Source: an uncultured virus (IMG/VR IMGVR_UViG_3300049830_000172)
Lineage: Duplodnaviria; Heunggongvirae; Uroviricota; Caudoviricetes
Strand: one strand, 5' to 3'
Virus record (IMG/VR): IMGVR_UViG_3300049830_000172
DNA length: 60,477 nt
Shown here: positions 1 to 9,338 of the stretch, piece after piece
Layout: every line of letters starts with the position of its first letter
How positions within the stretch are numbered: the stretch's first letter is position 1
Made by a program: the position numbers and the translations under genes
Notes under the pieces: generated by a model
Databases searched by the model: none
Told to the model about the DNA's origin: nothing
The model's input: the letters and a program-made list of their open reading frames with translations, nothing else

Positions 1-202
1 GAACCACAAGTCCAGCCAAACCTTCAACTGCGTAGATTCCATAGACGAACAATCGACCGATGATTGTTGGGGTTCCAGATGAGTCGTTGGATAGGAACGG
101 GTCTACCCATTTGATGGTCGATGCAACGATAGCCGTGAGGATTGTTGCGAGTCCGATGATTGCGAGGCTTCCAACTGTTCTGTTGATTGCTTGATTGTTC
201 AC
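1..202 (-). CDS. Partial membrane protein (runs off the window)
   Basis: GTG directly after the promoter motif at 203-240; hydrophobic frame MNNQAINRTVGSLAIIGLATILTAIVAS... open to position 1. Confidence 0.6.
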   Translation of the reverse strand, partial: MNNQAINRTVGSLAIIGLATILTAIVASTIKWVDPFLSNDSSGTPTIIGRLFVYGIYAVEGLAGLVV

Positions 203-1053
203 TCTTATATACTCCTATGGGTGAAAATGTTGAGGAATTTTATGAGAAGTAAGCGTATTCTACGCGGGCGGTGGTTACAGTGTGCCAGCCCATAGTAATG
301 AAAATTGGGTAATCGTATCCAATGACTTCCTCATTGATTTTACCATCATGTCCGCAGTACATACCATCGAGGGCAGTGGCAACGTACTTACTTATTTTAG
401 CAGCTTCATCTAACCATTGTTGCAACGGGACATTAGTTCCGATTGCGTTTAATTGTTTGTTCAGACTGTTGAGCAGACTTTTCTTTGTCTGTTTTTTCGG
501 TGCGTCCATGATTATATACTCAGAAGAACACATTATTTGAGGAAATTCTCTTGGTGAAGTCAAAGTCTTTATGAGAATGAACTAATTCAATTTCAGATGT
601 CAGTAAAGGGCAAACTTTGTGACAACCATATATTGCTTTATATTCTCCATCTATTGCAAGTACAAAAAGCGAAGCATAATTTTCCTCGTTTTTGTAATAG
701 AATCCATTGGCAAGTAGGAATTCTCCGTAGGTTTTATCTTTTGTCCAAGTTTTATCTTTTGCGGAATTGTTAAACTCTTCCAAGTCAATGAATGGAGGAT
801 TGTGATGATTTATGAAATCTGATTCAAAGATTTCTCTGAGATTTTTTCTCCATCCAGCGGTTAAATTGTCGCTTGGTGAAATGTTAAATGCTTTGAGTCT
901 TTCAACCATTTCCGAAGTATTGTCTTCGCCAATACTATTCATGATGGATGTAATTTCTTGAGAATCTGTGATTAAGGCAAACTCATCACTCAATTCATTA
1001 ACTTGCATGATTATATACTCACATGAATAAAGAAGTTGAGGAATTTCCTGGCG

Positions 1054-1080
1054 CGTGCCCCCTTATTTCACCAAGCACTA
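1054..1080 (+). repeat. 29-bp dispersed element, copy 1
   Basis: CGTGCCCCCTTATTTCACCAAGCACTA. Confidence 0.85.
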
Positions 1081-1088
1081 AAAAAATT

Positions 1089-1163
1089 TGGTCGGGGATA
1101 GAAGATTCGAACTTCTGATTTCTTGCTCCCAAAGCAAGCGCCATACCGCTTGGCTAATCCCCG
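1089..1163 (-). tRNA. tRNA-Pro(UGG)
   Basis: CGGGGAT...ATCCCCG-A-CCA cloverleaf; anticodon arm CTTGC-TTTGGGA-GCAAG; TTCGAAT T-loop. Confidence 0.95.
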
Positions 1164-1325
1164 GTAAGAACTTTTCCATTTCAACCCTGGGCTCTATCAG
1201 GAGCTTAGTCTTGCTACTTTGCTGATACTTTCACTGCATCGGTCACTCCAGGGCATCCCTGACAACTTTTGCACTGGATTCGTTCTATGAATATATACGC
1301 GATTGGGAATTTGCTTTGAGGATTT

Positions 1326-1703
1326 TTAGCTGGGCATTTCTGGGATTGTAAGTTTGTAACTTTTTGCGAAGACGCGCAAGCATCCTTCCCATTCTTCGGG
1401 GTCTTCAGAATCATGGATTTCTTGAAGTTCTTCGGCAAATTCTGAATCCAATTGAAGTCTTTCAAGAATTGGTCTCAGAGTTGTACCACCGACGCGCTCG
1501 CCTTCCATTTCCGGGCTATATTCTTCGTCAGTGATTAATGCGCCAATTGCGCATTTTGTGCCGTCTGGTGCGCGATACAGGCAACCTTCATTTTTATGAC
1601 CAGCGCGAGGTGGGCTAACTTCTCCCCAGGCTCTTTTCTTCTGAGTGAGAAGATGGACGTAAACGATATTAAAGGCATTTTGTTCTGGAGTTGGTTCGCT
1701 CAT
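1326..1703 (-). CDS. Phage hypothetical protein, paralog of 1706-2095
   Basis: Shared motifs FNxVYVHLLTQKK, CxYRxxxGTKCAxGA, LQxIHD. Confidence 0.85.
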   Translation of the reverse strand: MSEPTPEQNAFNIVYVHLLTQKKRAWGEVSPPRAGHKNEGCLYRAPDGTKCAIGALITDEEYSPEMEGERVGGTTLRPILERLQLDSEFAEELQEIHDSEDPEEWEGCLRVFAKSYKLTIPEMPS

Positions 1704-1705
1704 GA

Positions 1706-2095
1706 TTATCTCTTTGCTGGCATTTCTGGAATTTCAAGCTGATATTTTTGTGCGAATTCAGCTAATTCTCTTTTCCATCCAAGAGGGTGAGTGTTGTCAT
1801 GAATTGCTTGCAGTAAAATCATAAAAGATGCGCCGACTCCAAGTTTGGTTAGAACATTTGCAAAAATGTCTCGCTCTGCGTATTGACCTTCCATTTCTGG
1901 TAAATAATCTTCGTCGGGGATAACAGCACCAAAAGCGCACTTTGTGCCATTTTGTCCACGATAAGCGCAAACATTGATTTTCTTATCGTAGGTGACGCCG
2001 TTGACTTCATTGACCTTGGTTTTTGCTTTCTTCTTTTGCGTCAACAAATGAACATAAACCTTATTGAAAACTGCTTGTGTTGGACTAAGTTCCAT
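1706..2095 (-). CDS. Phage hypothetical protein, paralog of 1326-1703
   Basis: Start moved to ATG 2095 (MELSPTQ), directly after the promoter motif. Confidence 0.85.
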   Translation of the reverse strand: MELSPTQAVFNKVYVHLLTQKKKAKTKVNEVNGVTYDKKINVCAYRGQNGTKCAFGAVIPDEDYLPEMEGQYAERDIFANVLTKLGVGASFMILLQAIHDNTHPLGWKRELAEFAQKYQLEIPEMPAKR

Positions 2096-3261
2096 AATTT
2101 TATACCTATGCCAGCGCGAGATTTGAGGAAAAGTGTTCGAAGCCACAGAAACCATTTGCCCCAACGACTGCGGTTTCTGTATTAATGACTGTATTGAGAC
2201 ACGAGCCACATTCATCGCCAAACATTGAATCCCAACATCCAGTTCCGCAAGCGAAAAGGTAGCCAGCATATTCGTGGGTTGTTCCGCGAACACCAATGGA
2301 TGGAACTTCAATTCCTGTAATAGTCATCAAGTCTTCGATGTCGCACCAAGGAATGTTATGCACTCCGCAGATTGGACATTTTGATTCTGGAGTGAGGATT
2401 GCTTCAACTGTTGAAACCATGATTTTATACTCAGATGGATTATTAATTTGAGGAATTAATCGTTTGGATTTGGTCGCGCATAAGTGACAAAAACCATCGA
2501 GTGATTACCTTGACGATGCTCTAAAGAAACAACCTTCCATTGACATCTATCGCGAAACACATGAAATGAAACAATTTCATCACCTGGTTGTGGACAATTA
2601 TCAAATTTTGCGTGAAACATATGACTTGCTCCGCCGCCTTTTTCAAGAAACCACACATTGTATGTCTTTCCGAATAGCCAAGTTAGATTCATGTTTTAAT
2701 ACTCGGATGGATTATTAATTTGAGGAAAAACGTTGTTTAAGTAAACAAGTCGAGTCAACATTAAACCAAGTAATGGTATTACATGGTTCACAGACACCTT
2801 GGTAATTTCCGCCACAACCATCATACGCTGACTTTTTGGTTTTGGTTAGAACATTACCGCACTTGTAGCAAAGTGCGCTTTCTGGTTTATCATAGACAGG
2901 CCAACGTGAATGACGCTCTAATTCATTTCTTGAGGCAATCGTTCTAAGTGGTGTTCCGTCACCGTATGTGTCTTTCATAATTTTATACTCACCTGAGTTA
3001 ATTCTTTGAGGAAACTTTCTTGACCTTAGACACTGTAATATGTCCCTTAAACTTTGATTCGTTGATAATTTTGCGAATCTGAGTAAAAGTTTTACCAGCC
3101 AGCGAAGCCTTGACTTGATTGTGAAATGTTTTCGTCGGTTTGAATCCTTCTTTCACATTGATGACGGTAATGAACATATCGTTGTGGATTGGCAGCAATA
3201 AGCTTTTGTGTTCCATGATTATTTACGCTGACACCACTAGATTTTGAGGAATTTGTCGCCG

Positions 3262-3290
3262 CGTGCCGCCTTATTTTACCAAGTGCTATT
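3262..3290 (+). repeat. 29-bp dispersed element, copy 2
   Basis: CGTGCCGCCTTATTTTACCAAGTGCTATT. Confidence 0.9.
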
Positions 3291-3305
3291 TGGAGTTTCG
3301 GACAC

Positions 3306-3339
3306 AAAAAAGGCAGACTTTTCAGTCTGCCTTTTTTTT
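3306..3339. terminator. Bidirectional intrinsic terminator
   Basis: aaaaaa-GGCAGAC-ttttca-GTCTGCC-tttttttt. Confidence 0.9.
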
Positions 3340-4301
3340 CTTATTCCGATATTTACCGATTCGACGTATTTTTGCCCCCGTTGAACATAATATCTGTAAT
3401 GTTCTGATAACCGCTGAGTTGTGCGAGTTGTCGCTTACCTCTCAGGTTATTGGTCTTTTCACGTCGAGGAGAGTCTTGCTCTCTATTGTTTCGGATGGAC
3501 TTGTCTCGTGCCATGATTATATACTCTTTTGGTTTTGTCGTTTGAGGAATTTTGCTTAGATGTTTAACATTCTTCGCTTTCTGCTTTGCAGGATATATTC
3601 CTCAATTATCCCGTACCAGTCGCAGGCTTGCCGTCTCTCTTCTTCTTCCATAGCCTCAAATTTAGCCCATTCCTTATAATAGGCTTCGCGCTCACGGTTG
3701 AGCCATTCTTCTTCGAGGTGTCCGAATTCTTCATCGACAGTCAATTCCTTTGGTGCGCGAGGTGTAATACCAGTGTCAGGCAACCCAGCAGATTGAGCGA
3801 AAAGAGTGCCGATGGCAAAAATTTCGCCTGTTACTGCGTTCGTGATAGGAATATCTTCGCAACGTCCGCAGAATTCAGCCCAAAGCTCTCCACCATTCAG
3901 AACTAGAATCTTAGTTCCGCCCAGAGGTCTTCGAGTGTCGCAAAAACTACAATGGTCAGCCATGATTTTATATCCGTGTGATTCGAAAATTTGAGGAATT
4001 TACAACGACTGAATAATCATGTTCGCATCTAACTGCATTTCGTGCAGTTCATGTTGAAATGAAATTCGCATTGCTCCAAGTTTGTCAGTTTCGCGAACTC
4101 GAATTATTTCGAGGTCAGCATCATTTGCTCCATCGCAAGCCAAGGTAGCAGATGCTACTTTTTCGATTTGAGTGTTGAGTTTGATTTCTTTATCATTTAT
4201 TTCGTTTTCGAAAATGGAATCAAAGAACTCGGCTAGATAGTTGGCGTTAACCATAGTAATTTACGTTCACACTATTAGATTTTGAGGAATTTTGGGTCGC
4301 G

Positions 4302-4330
4302 GGTGCCGCCTTATTTTACCAAGTCTTATT
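4302..4330 (+). repeat. 29-bp dispersed element, copy 3 (between divergent promoters)
   Basis: GGTGCCGCCTTATTTTACCAAGTCTTATT. Confidence 0.9.
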
Positions 4331-4378
4331 CATACAGGTAAAATTCCTCAAACTACTTATATAAGGTAGTATATATTC

Positions 4379-5293
4379 ATGTCCACTACGGCATCGAACT
4401 ACGAAAGAATCACCGACTCAATCATTGAAGCAATGGAAAAAGGCGAAGTTGTATGGCAGAAGCCATGGAAATCCATCAAGCCATGTAATGCTATCACTGG
4501 TAAGGCGTATCGCGGTATCAATCCTTGGCTCCTCGCGCTCAATGGTGAAAAATACACTGACCATCGTTGGCTAACCTACAATCAGGCGAAGGAACTCGGC
4601 GGTAACGTCAAAAAAGGCGAGAAATCTACCATGATTGTATTCTTTTCACCTGTCCCTAAGAAAAACAAGGATACAGGCGAAGTAAACGGTACTTTTTGGC
4701 TCTTGAAGTCTTACATCGTTTTCAACGTCGAACAATGCGAAAATTTGGTCAAGTTGGCTCCGCTGGATACTTTGGTTAATGTCAATCAAGAAAAAGACCC
4801 TAACATTGTTGCAGAGGAAATTTGGAATAACTATCTCGGAAAGCCAAGTTTAGAAACAGGCGACGTTGCTTGCTACCTCCCTTCACAGGATAAAATCCTT
4901 ATGCCACGACGCGAAACTTTCAAAAGTAACGCTTTTTTCTACGCGATATTGTTTCATGAATCAGGACATAGTACAGGCGCAAAAAATCGTTTGAATCGCC
5001 CAGGTGTTGCAGAGTTTGATAACTATGGTAGCGAAAAGTATTCAAAAGAGGAACTTATTGCGGAATTTACCTCAGCTTTTCTTTGCGCTGAGGCTGGTTT
5101 AGAGGCTCCGACGCGAGATAACTCAGTGGCTTATCTTCAAAACTGGATTCAAGCGTTAAAAGACGATAAAACGCTCATTGTAAAAGCGGCAACAGCGGCC
5201 CAAAAAGCGGCTGAACATATTCTGGGTACGTCGGCAAAAAATGATGAACCTGAGCCAAGTACCAGCGACGAGAAAGAGTTGGTAAACGCTTAA
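4379..5293 (+). CDS. ardC: ArdC-family ssDNA-binding antirestriction protein (DUF1738 plus zincin-like domain)
   Basis: YERITDSIIEAMEKG-W-KPW, YRGIN, RWLTYNQAKELGG-VKKGEK, VFNVEQ, HESGHSTG, YSKEELIAE motifs. Confidence 0.92.
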   Translation: MSTTASNYERITDSIIEAMEKGEVVWQKPWKSIKPCNAITGKAYRGINPWLLALNGEKYTDHRWLTYNQAKELGGNVKKGEKSTMIVFFSPVPKKNKDTGEVNGTFWLLKSYIVFNVEQCENLVKLAPLDTLVNVNQEKDPNIVAEEIWNNYLGKPSLETGDVACYLPSQDKILMPRRETFKSNAFFYAILFHESGHSTGAKNRLNRPGVAEFDNYGSEKYSKEELIAEFTSAFLCAEAGLEAPTRDNSVAYLQNWIQALKDDKTLIVKAATAAQKAAEHILGTSAKNDEPEPSTSDEKELVNA

Positions 5294-5314
5294 ACAGAAT
5301 ACACAGGTCAAGAG

Positions 5315-5345
5315 AAAAGGCAGACTTTCGGGTCTGTCTTTTTTT
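5315..5345 (+). terminator. Intrinsic terminator after ardC
   Basis: aaaaGGCAGAC-tttcgg-GTCTGTCtttttt; near-copy of 3306-3339. Confidence 0.88.
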
Positions 5346-5354
5346 GTCTATGTA

Positions 5355-5383
5355 AATAAGACTTGGGAAATTAAGGCTGCACG
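5355..5383 (-). repeat. 29-bp dispersed element, copy 4 (inverted)
   Basis: Reverse complement CGTGCAGCCTTAATTTCCCAAGTCTTATT. Confidence 0.85.
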
Positions 5384-5428
5384 AGCTGAGATTTTCCTCA
5401 TATAATTATTTAGGCTGTATAGATAGAG

Positions 5429-5686
5429 ATGGTCTATTTCACAATGAAATTGTCGGGCGCTGACCTTGAGCCTAAAGAAATCCAATTACATATTGGTGAT
5501 GAATTCAACTTCAATCCTTTGCGGGTCGATGAGGTTCAAGCTGATGGTGATGAGCTGGAATACATTCGTAATGAGTTCTCAAATCTGCGTATGTCACGCG
5601 GACGAGTTGTAACATGGTTCGGTGATGATGCAAGATTCATTGCCCAAAACTGGCACTGGCGCAAAAAGTACGAAGACGGACAATAA
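5429..5686 (+). CDS. Hypothetical protein
   Basis: 85-aa ORF after a + strand promoter motif at 5394. Confidence 0.8.
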   Translation: MVYFTMKLSGADLEPKEIQLHIGDEFNFNPLRVDEVQADGDELEYIRNEFSNLRMSRGRVVTWFGDDARFIAQNWHWRKKYEDGQ

Positions 5687-5733
5687 TTTCCTCATGGCAT
5701 AATTGCTGTGTAGTATTGTTGTATAAGGGGATT

Positions 5734-6084
5734 ATGAGTACAAAACTCTATCACATGGACGTGGGTTTTCCTGACAACGCACAGACAAAATACGGTCAGA
5801 TTTTCTTAGATTATTCAAATCATGCCAAGCGTGCATCAAAAAACGATAGGTATGATAATGAAATCAATCTACCAAACGTTCTTGATACAAATATGGCGGT
5901 AGCTATTGAAATTGAAATGTTTGAGTACGAGACAACTAAAGTAGTGTACCGAACATCATACGATGATAAACATGATTTGGTTTTAGTTGTGAATCCAAAG
6001 AAACAATTCGTTAGAACTGTGTGGCTAAATCGCAAGGATGATATTCACAATACGTTAGACGCGAGCAAATACGATATACCTTAA
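5734..6084 (+). CDS. Hypothetical protein
   Basis: ATG 5734 (MSTKLYH) preceded by AAGGGG; promoter motif at 5687. Confidence 0.8.
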   Translation: MSTKLYHMDVGFPDNAQTKYGQIFLDYSNHAKRASKNDRYDNEINLPNVLDTNMAVAIEIEMFEYETTKVVYRTSYDDKHDLVLVVNPKKQFVRTVWLNRKDDIHNTLDASKYDIP

Positions 6085-7056
6085 TCTTCGTATCGCCCAC
6101 GCCTAGCGTTTCGCTCTTCGCTTCGCGTATCAGCTCTATTATAGTCTACACTTCTCTTATGCGCTTGACTACCAAGGAATTGCTGCTGCTTACCAGTCCC
6201 GCCCGTGAAAAGGGTTGGGTTGGATTCCTTGAGTTTTCTTCCTGTTTTCGACCATTTCGTTTTTCGCATGATAGATATTATATCCAAAAAGTTCAGCGAT
6301 GTGAGGAAAATTATTCATTATCCGTCATTAAGACGGATAATGTTTGGTAATGTTGAGGCTTGCACCAGGCTCGCGCATATGCAATAGGACTTCACCAGTG
6401 AGGGCGTCTACCATTTCATGCGGGATTCTGAATGGTGCTTCTTCGTGAGCGTTAATATATCGCTCAACGGCGTTAACAGCTTCCCCTATACCTGCGACAC
6501 TATGAGTGGCGATGGGAAAATTCATCCAAGAATCGAAATTTGGAGCACAGTCGTCTTCTGCACCTTTTGGCATCTTATTAACAAAAATCTGAGCAAAAAC
6601 GTGGGAAAGAGGTCGGTCTACTCCAAGACAAATGTTAAAGTTCTTGGTTCGCATTGTATGTCGTGACATGATTTTATACTCACACCAGAAGAAACTTTGA
6701 GGAATTTATGATTTCAACAAAAGCTTTTGGATTCGCTCTAGTTGTTCAAGTTCGTCTGTTTTTTCAATCATAAGTGATGTGATTCTATACCAAGCCGCGT
6801 CTAACGCTTCTTTTTTGGTTGCGTGCCAGTCATGATTGAGATGACGCGCAAGTGCCCAATGATGGCAGTTTGTACCAAAATCACGACAGCCAAAATGCAA
6901 AGTCACCGATGAACCTATTTCACCAACACGTTGTAATTGACATTCATGAACACCTTGCGGAGTATGGTTGATGTCTTCAACAACGAGCCAAACAGTCGGC
7001 GCGTCTTTAACATCGCCACTAGCAATTTGCGTGGCGTAGTATTTGCTTAAATCCAT
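6081..7056 (-). other. Three small hypothetical CDSs
   Basis: 6081-6269 (basic), 6328-6669, 6706-7056, each with the promoter motif. Confidence 0.75.
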
Positions 7057-7101
7057 ATTTATATACTCACACACTTGCAAATCTTGAGGATAATCCTGGG
7101 G

Positions 7102-7130
7102 CGTGCCGCCTTATTTTACCAAGCGCTATT
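7102..7130 (+). repeat. 29-bp dispersed element, copy 5
   Basis: CGTGCCGCCTTATTTTACCAAGCGCTATT. Confidence 0.9.
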
Positions 7131-7151
7131 TTTTCCTCAAATTTGAAACGC

Positions 7152-7181
7152 AAAAAAACGGGAAGGATTTCCTTCCCGTTT
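7152..7181 (-). terminator. Intrinsic terminator
   Basis: On +: aaaaaaaCGGGAAGG-attt-CCTTCCCGttt; U-tract on the minus strand. Confidence 0.85.
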
Positions 7182-7201
7182 CCTATTTTTGAATCCGTTC
7201 G

Positions 7202-8587
7202 TTACTTTGCGGTAACGTAGGCTTTGACTTGTTCGTCAGTGAGAGATTCGGCGCGGGTTGCGAACTTACTCCACATTCCTGCGATTGCGTCAATATCAGC
7301 GGTAAGAGAAGGGGCAAGAATCAAACCTGCGGTTTCTTCCATTACTTGACGGGCATCCCCTGTAAAATCCTGTGCCGACTTTGTTAGTCCCTGAATCACA
7401 TGGAATACAGTGTCACCAGGTTCAGATTCCATACCCTTAATCCAAGCTCTGCCTTGCGGAATAGTGAGTTTGTATTCCTTCGCCAAAGAAGCGATAAGTT
7501 GATTTTGGTTTACTACCGTGATTTCCTTAACAGTGTCGAACAACTCAAGAACTTGTTCGCCCTCACTTAAAGCGATTCGGATAGCTTCCCGAACTTCATC
7601 ACCGATTTTGACCAAATCAATCGTTCCGAGGTGCTTTTTATCAACCGTGATAACTGCATTTGAACGTCCCCAGATACAACCATTTAGACAGATTGCGCGG
7701 AACAAGAACGGGCAGATTTCAAATCTGAACCGACCGATTTCTGAGTTTTTGAAGCTAAATCCGATTCCATAATCTGAATCAGGACGTGCCTTGATATAAT
7801 CAGGAACCAAAACGTTTCCAATCATAGAATCACCGTCATTCCAAGCGTGAGAAGCGAGTGAATCACCCCAACCACCAGGTAAGGCTTTGCCGATAATGTT
7901 CATCACATCAGCATTATCAATCTTGCCATATCGTTCCGATGCAATATATCGGACAACATTCCCGCCCTTATCATCTTGACGAGTCCGAACAAAGAACTTT
8001 TGTGATTCCTGGATTCGGGTTTCAAGCTCTGAGATTTCGGAGTTTAGTCGCTTTGCAACTGACGGAACTGGATTATCATTTTGAAGCTGACTTCGCTTTT
8101 TGTCCAATCGTGATTGTAGGGTATTGTCACGCTGATTCCCCAAATGGTCAAGCTCAAGATTGAGGTAGAAAGCCAAATCGGATTTTGCGCGAGTGTTGAC
8201 GGATTCGGAAACATTTTCGTATTCGCCCAAATCTTCGCCCAGGTATTCGACTACACCTTGTTTCATCTTGTTTCGTGGCATGGATTTTAACCCGCTCATA
8301 GTGAATCCAGTACCGTCAGATAGTTTAAGGTCATCGGTGAGGCGAAGCTCATCGGCACCCATTGTGCGGTCAACCTTATTAAGCTGTTGGTCATGAATGT
8401 CGGCCGAGAACTCAGAAAGTGGAATACACTTATCTTGCCAAATCTTTGAGACGTGGCGCATAGTTTCGGTTGATTCGAGTCCGATTGCGTTACGGTATGT
8501 ACCGTCAGCGTCTCGGTGTGCTTTGCCTCGCACTTGTAAGGATTGAACTGGTTTGAAGTTGGTCGGTGATTGTGTGTCAGTGGACAT
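7202..8587 (-). CDS. DUF932-like domain protein
   Basis: Start corrected to 8587 (MSTDTQS); C-terminal SERYGKIDN...FKNSEIG...LFRAICLNG typical of DUF932. Confidence 0.7.
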   Translation of the reverse strand: MSTDTQSPTNFKPVQSLQVRGKAHRDADGTYRNAIGLESTETMRHVSKIWQDKCIPLSEFSADIHDQQLNKVDRTMGADELRLTDDLKLSDGTGFTMSGLKSMPRNKMKQGVVEYLGEDLGEYENVSESVNTRAKSDLAFYLNLELDHLGNQRDNTLQSRLDKKRSQLQNDNPVPSVAKRLNSEISELETRIQESQKFFVRTRQDDKGGNVVRYIASERYGKIDNADVMNIIGKALPGGWGDSLASHAWNDGDSMIGNVLVPDYIKARPDSDYGIGFSFKNSEIGRFRFEICPFLFRAICLNGCIWGRSNAVITVDKKHLGTIDLVKIGDEVREAIRIALSEGEQVLELFDTVKEITVVNQNQLIASLAKEYKLTIPQGRAWIKGMESEPGDTVFHVIQGLTKSAQDFTGDARQVMEETAGLILAPSLTADIDAIAGMWSKFATRAESLTDEQVKAYVTAK

Positions 8588-8640
8588 GATTATATATCGT
8601 GACACCAATAAGTTTTGAGGAAAATCTGAGACAGGTAAAA

Positions 8641-8669
8641 AATAACGCTTGGGAGAATAAGGCGGCACG
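8641..8669 (-). repeat. 29-bp dispersed element, copy 6 (inverted)
   Basis: Reverse complement CGTGCCGCCTTATTCTCCCAAGCGTTATT. Confidence 0.88.
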
Positions 8670-8695
8670 ATTTTAATTTGCCGAAACACATAATT

Positions 8696-8720
8696 AAAAA
8701 TAGCCCCGTTTCCAGGGCTA
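8696..8720 (-). terminator. Intrinsic terminator
   Basis: TAGCCCTG-GAAA-CGGGGCTA-TTTTT. Confidence 0.8.
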
Positions 8721-8876
8721 AACATCAAGTGCGAGTTCATACGCACAGTTTGAGCACAATGCTCTCTCAACTATATCGTCATAAACCTCATACGCATATG
8801 GGTCAAGTTGTATCTCAACCGAGGGGTCAACGGTGTTATTCACACCACACATTTCGCATTCTAAAGTTTCTTTCAT
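8718..8876 (-). CDS. 52-aa CxxC..CxxC zinc-binding microprotein
   Basis: MKETLECEMCGVNN...ALCSNCAYELALDV; upstream promoter motif and own terminator. Confidence 0.7.
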   Translation of the reverse strand: MKETLECEMCGVNNTVDPSVEIQLDPYAYEVYDDIVERALCSNCAYELALDV

Positions 8877-8940
8877 ATTAGATGAAGTAACTTCGTGCTA
8901 TCTTTATATCTGTATCACTACAGATATTGAGGAAAAATTA

Positions 8941-9075
8941 CTACGCGCCGTAAATCATTACGCAAGCAATCTTCTTGTCTTTGCTTGCCAATTCATTCTG
9001 ACCAAATGAAATGCCATTGACTGGGTAGATGTAGTTGCTGCTGCTGCCGTCTCTAAAGTATATTACTGCGAACAT
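8941..9075 (-). CDS. 44-aa microprotein
   Basis: MFAVIYFRDGSSSNYIYPVNG..., ATG directly after the promoter motif. Confidence 0.65.
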   Translation of the reverse strand: MFAVIYFRDGSSSNYIYPVNGISFGQNELASKDKKIACVMIYGA

Positions 9076-9120
9076 GTTTATATATCCATCTATGCAAAAT
9101 TCTTGAGGAAACATTGTCAC

Positions 9121-9145
9121 AAAAAAGACCGCATTTCTGCGGTCT
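9121..9145 (-). terminator. Intrinsic terminator after the tRNA-like RNA
   Basis: AGACCGCA-GAAA-TGCGGTCT-TTTTT. Confidence 0.85.
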
Positions 9146-9151
9146 AATTCT

Positions 9152-9275
9152 CACTAATGTACAGGACTCGAACCCGATGTATCCCCACAAGCACCAAGCC
9201 AGCTCCATTTACTAGATAGAACTTTCTGAATCGAACGAGATTCGGGGACACGCTTTACCATTAAGCTATACAATG
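9152..9275 (-). ncRNA. tRNA-like RNA with a 57-nt insert replacing the anticodon loop
   Basis: D-arm TAGCTTAATGGTAAAGC, stem TGTCCCC/GGGGATA, T-arm CGGG-TTCGAGT-CCTG; own promoter (9305-9340) and terminator. Confidence 0.6.
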
Positions 9276-9338
9276 TTTATTGAAAGGGTAGTAATCCTCT
9301 CACACTTATATATCGTTTGGATAAGAAAGATTGAGGAA

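Larger units (their letters stand above)
240..4254 (-). other. Block of small hypothetical CDSs
   Basis: Starts corrected using the promoter motif: 240-509, 520-1008, 2106-2420, 2456-2692, 2715-2978, 2998-3216, 3353-3514 (53 aa, not in ORF track), 3556-3963, 4000-4254. Confidence 0.75.

Noticed and set aside
1170..1205. Hammerhead ribozyme in the tRNA-Pro leader (CTGATAGAG...GAAA); similar near 50600-50640
   Set aside because: The core departs from CUGANGA and there is no correctly placed stem III/UH site.
8588..8770. N-terminal extension of the 522-aa ORF, and similar extensions (240-563, 1706-2311, 16197-16652, 44182-44646)
   Set aside because: They run through promoter motifs, repeats, terminators, other genes or tRNAs; the motif marks the downstream ATG.
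9152..9275. tmRNA or a group I intron-containing tRNA
   Set aside because: The 57-nt insert is too short, there is no tag ORF or P-Q-R-S core, and the D-arm is canonical.
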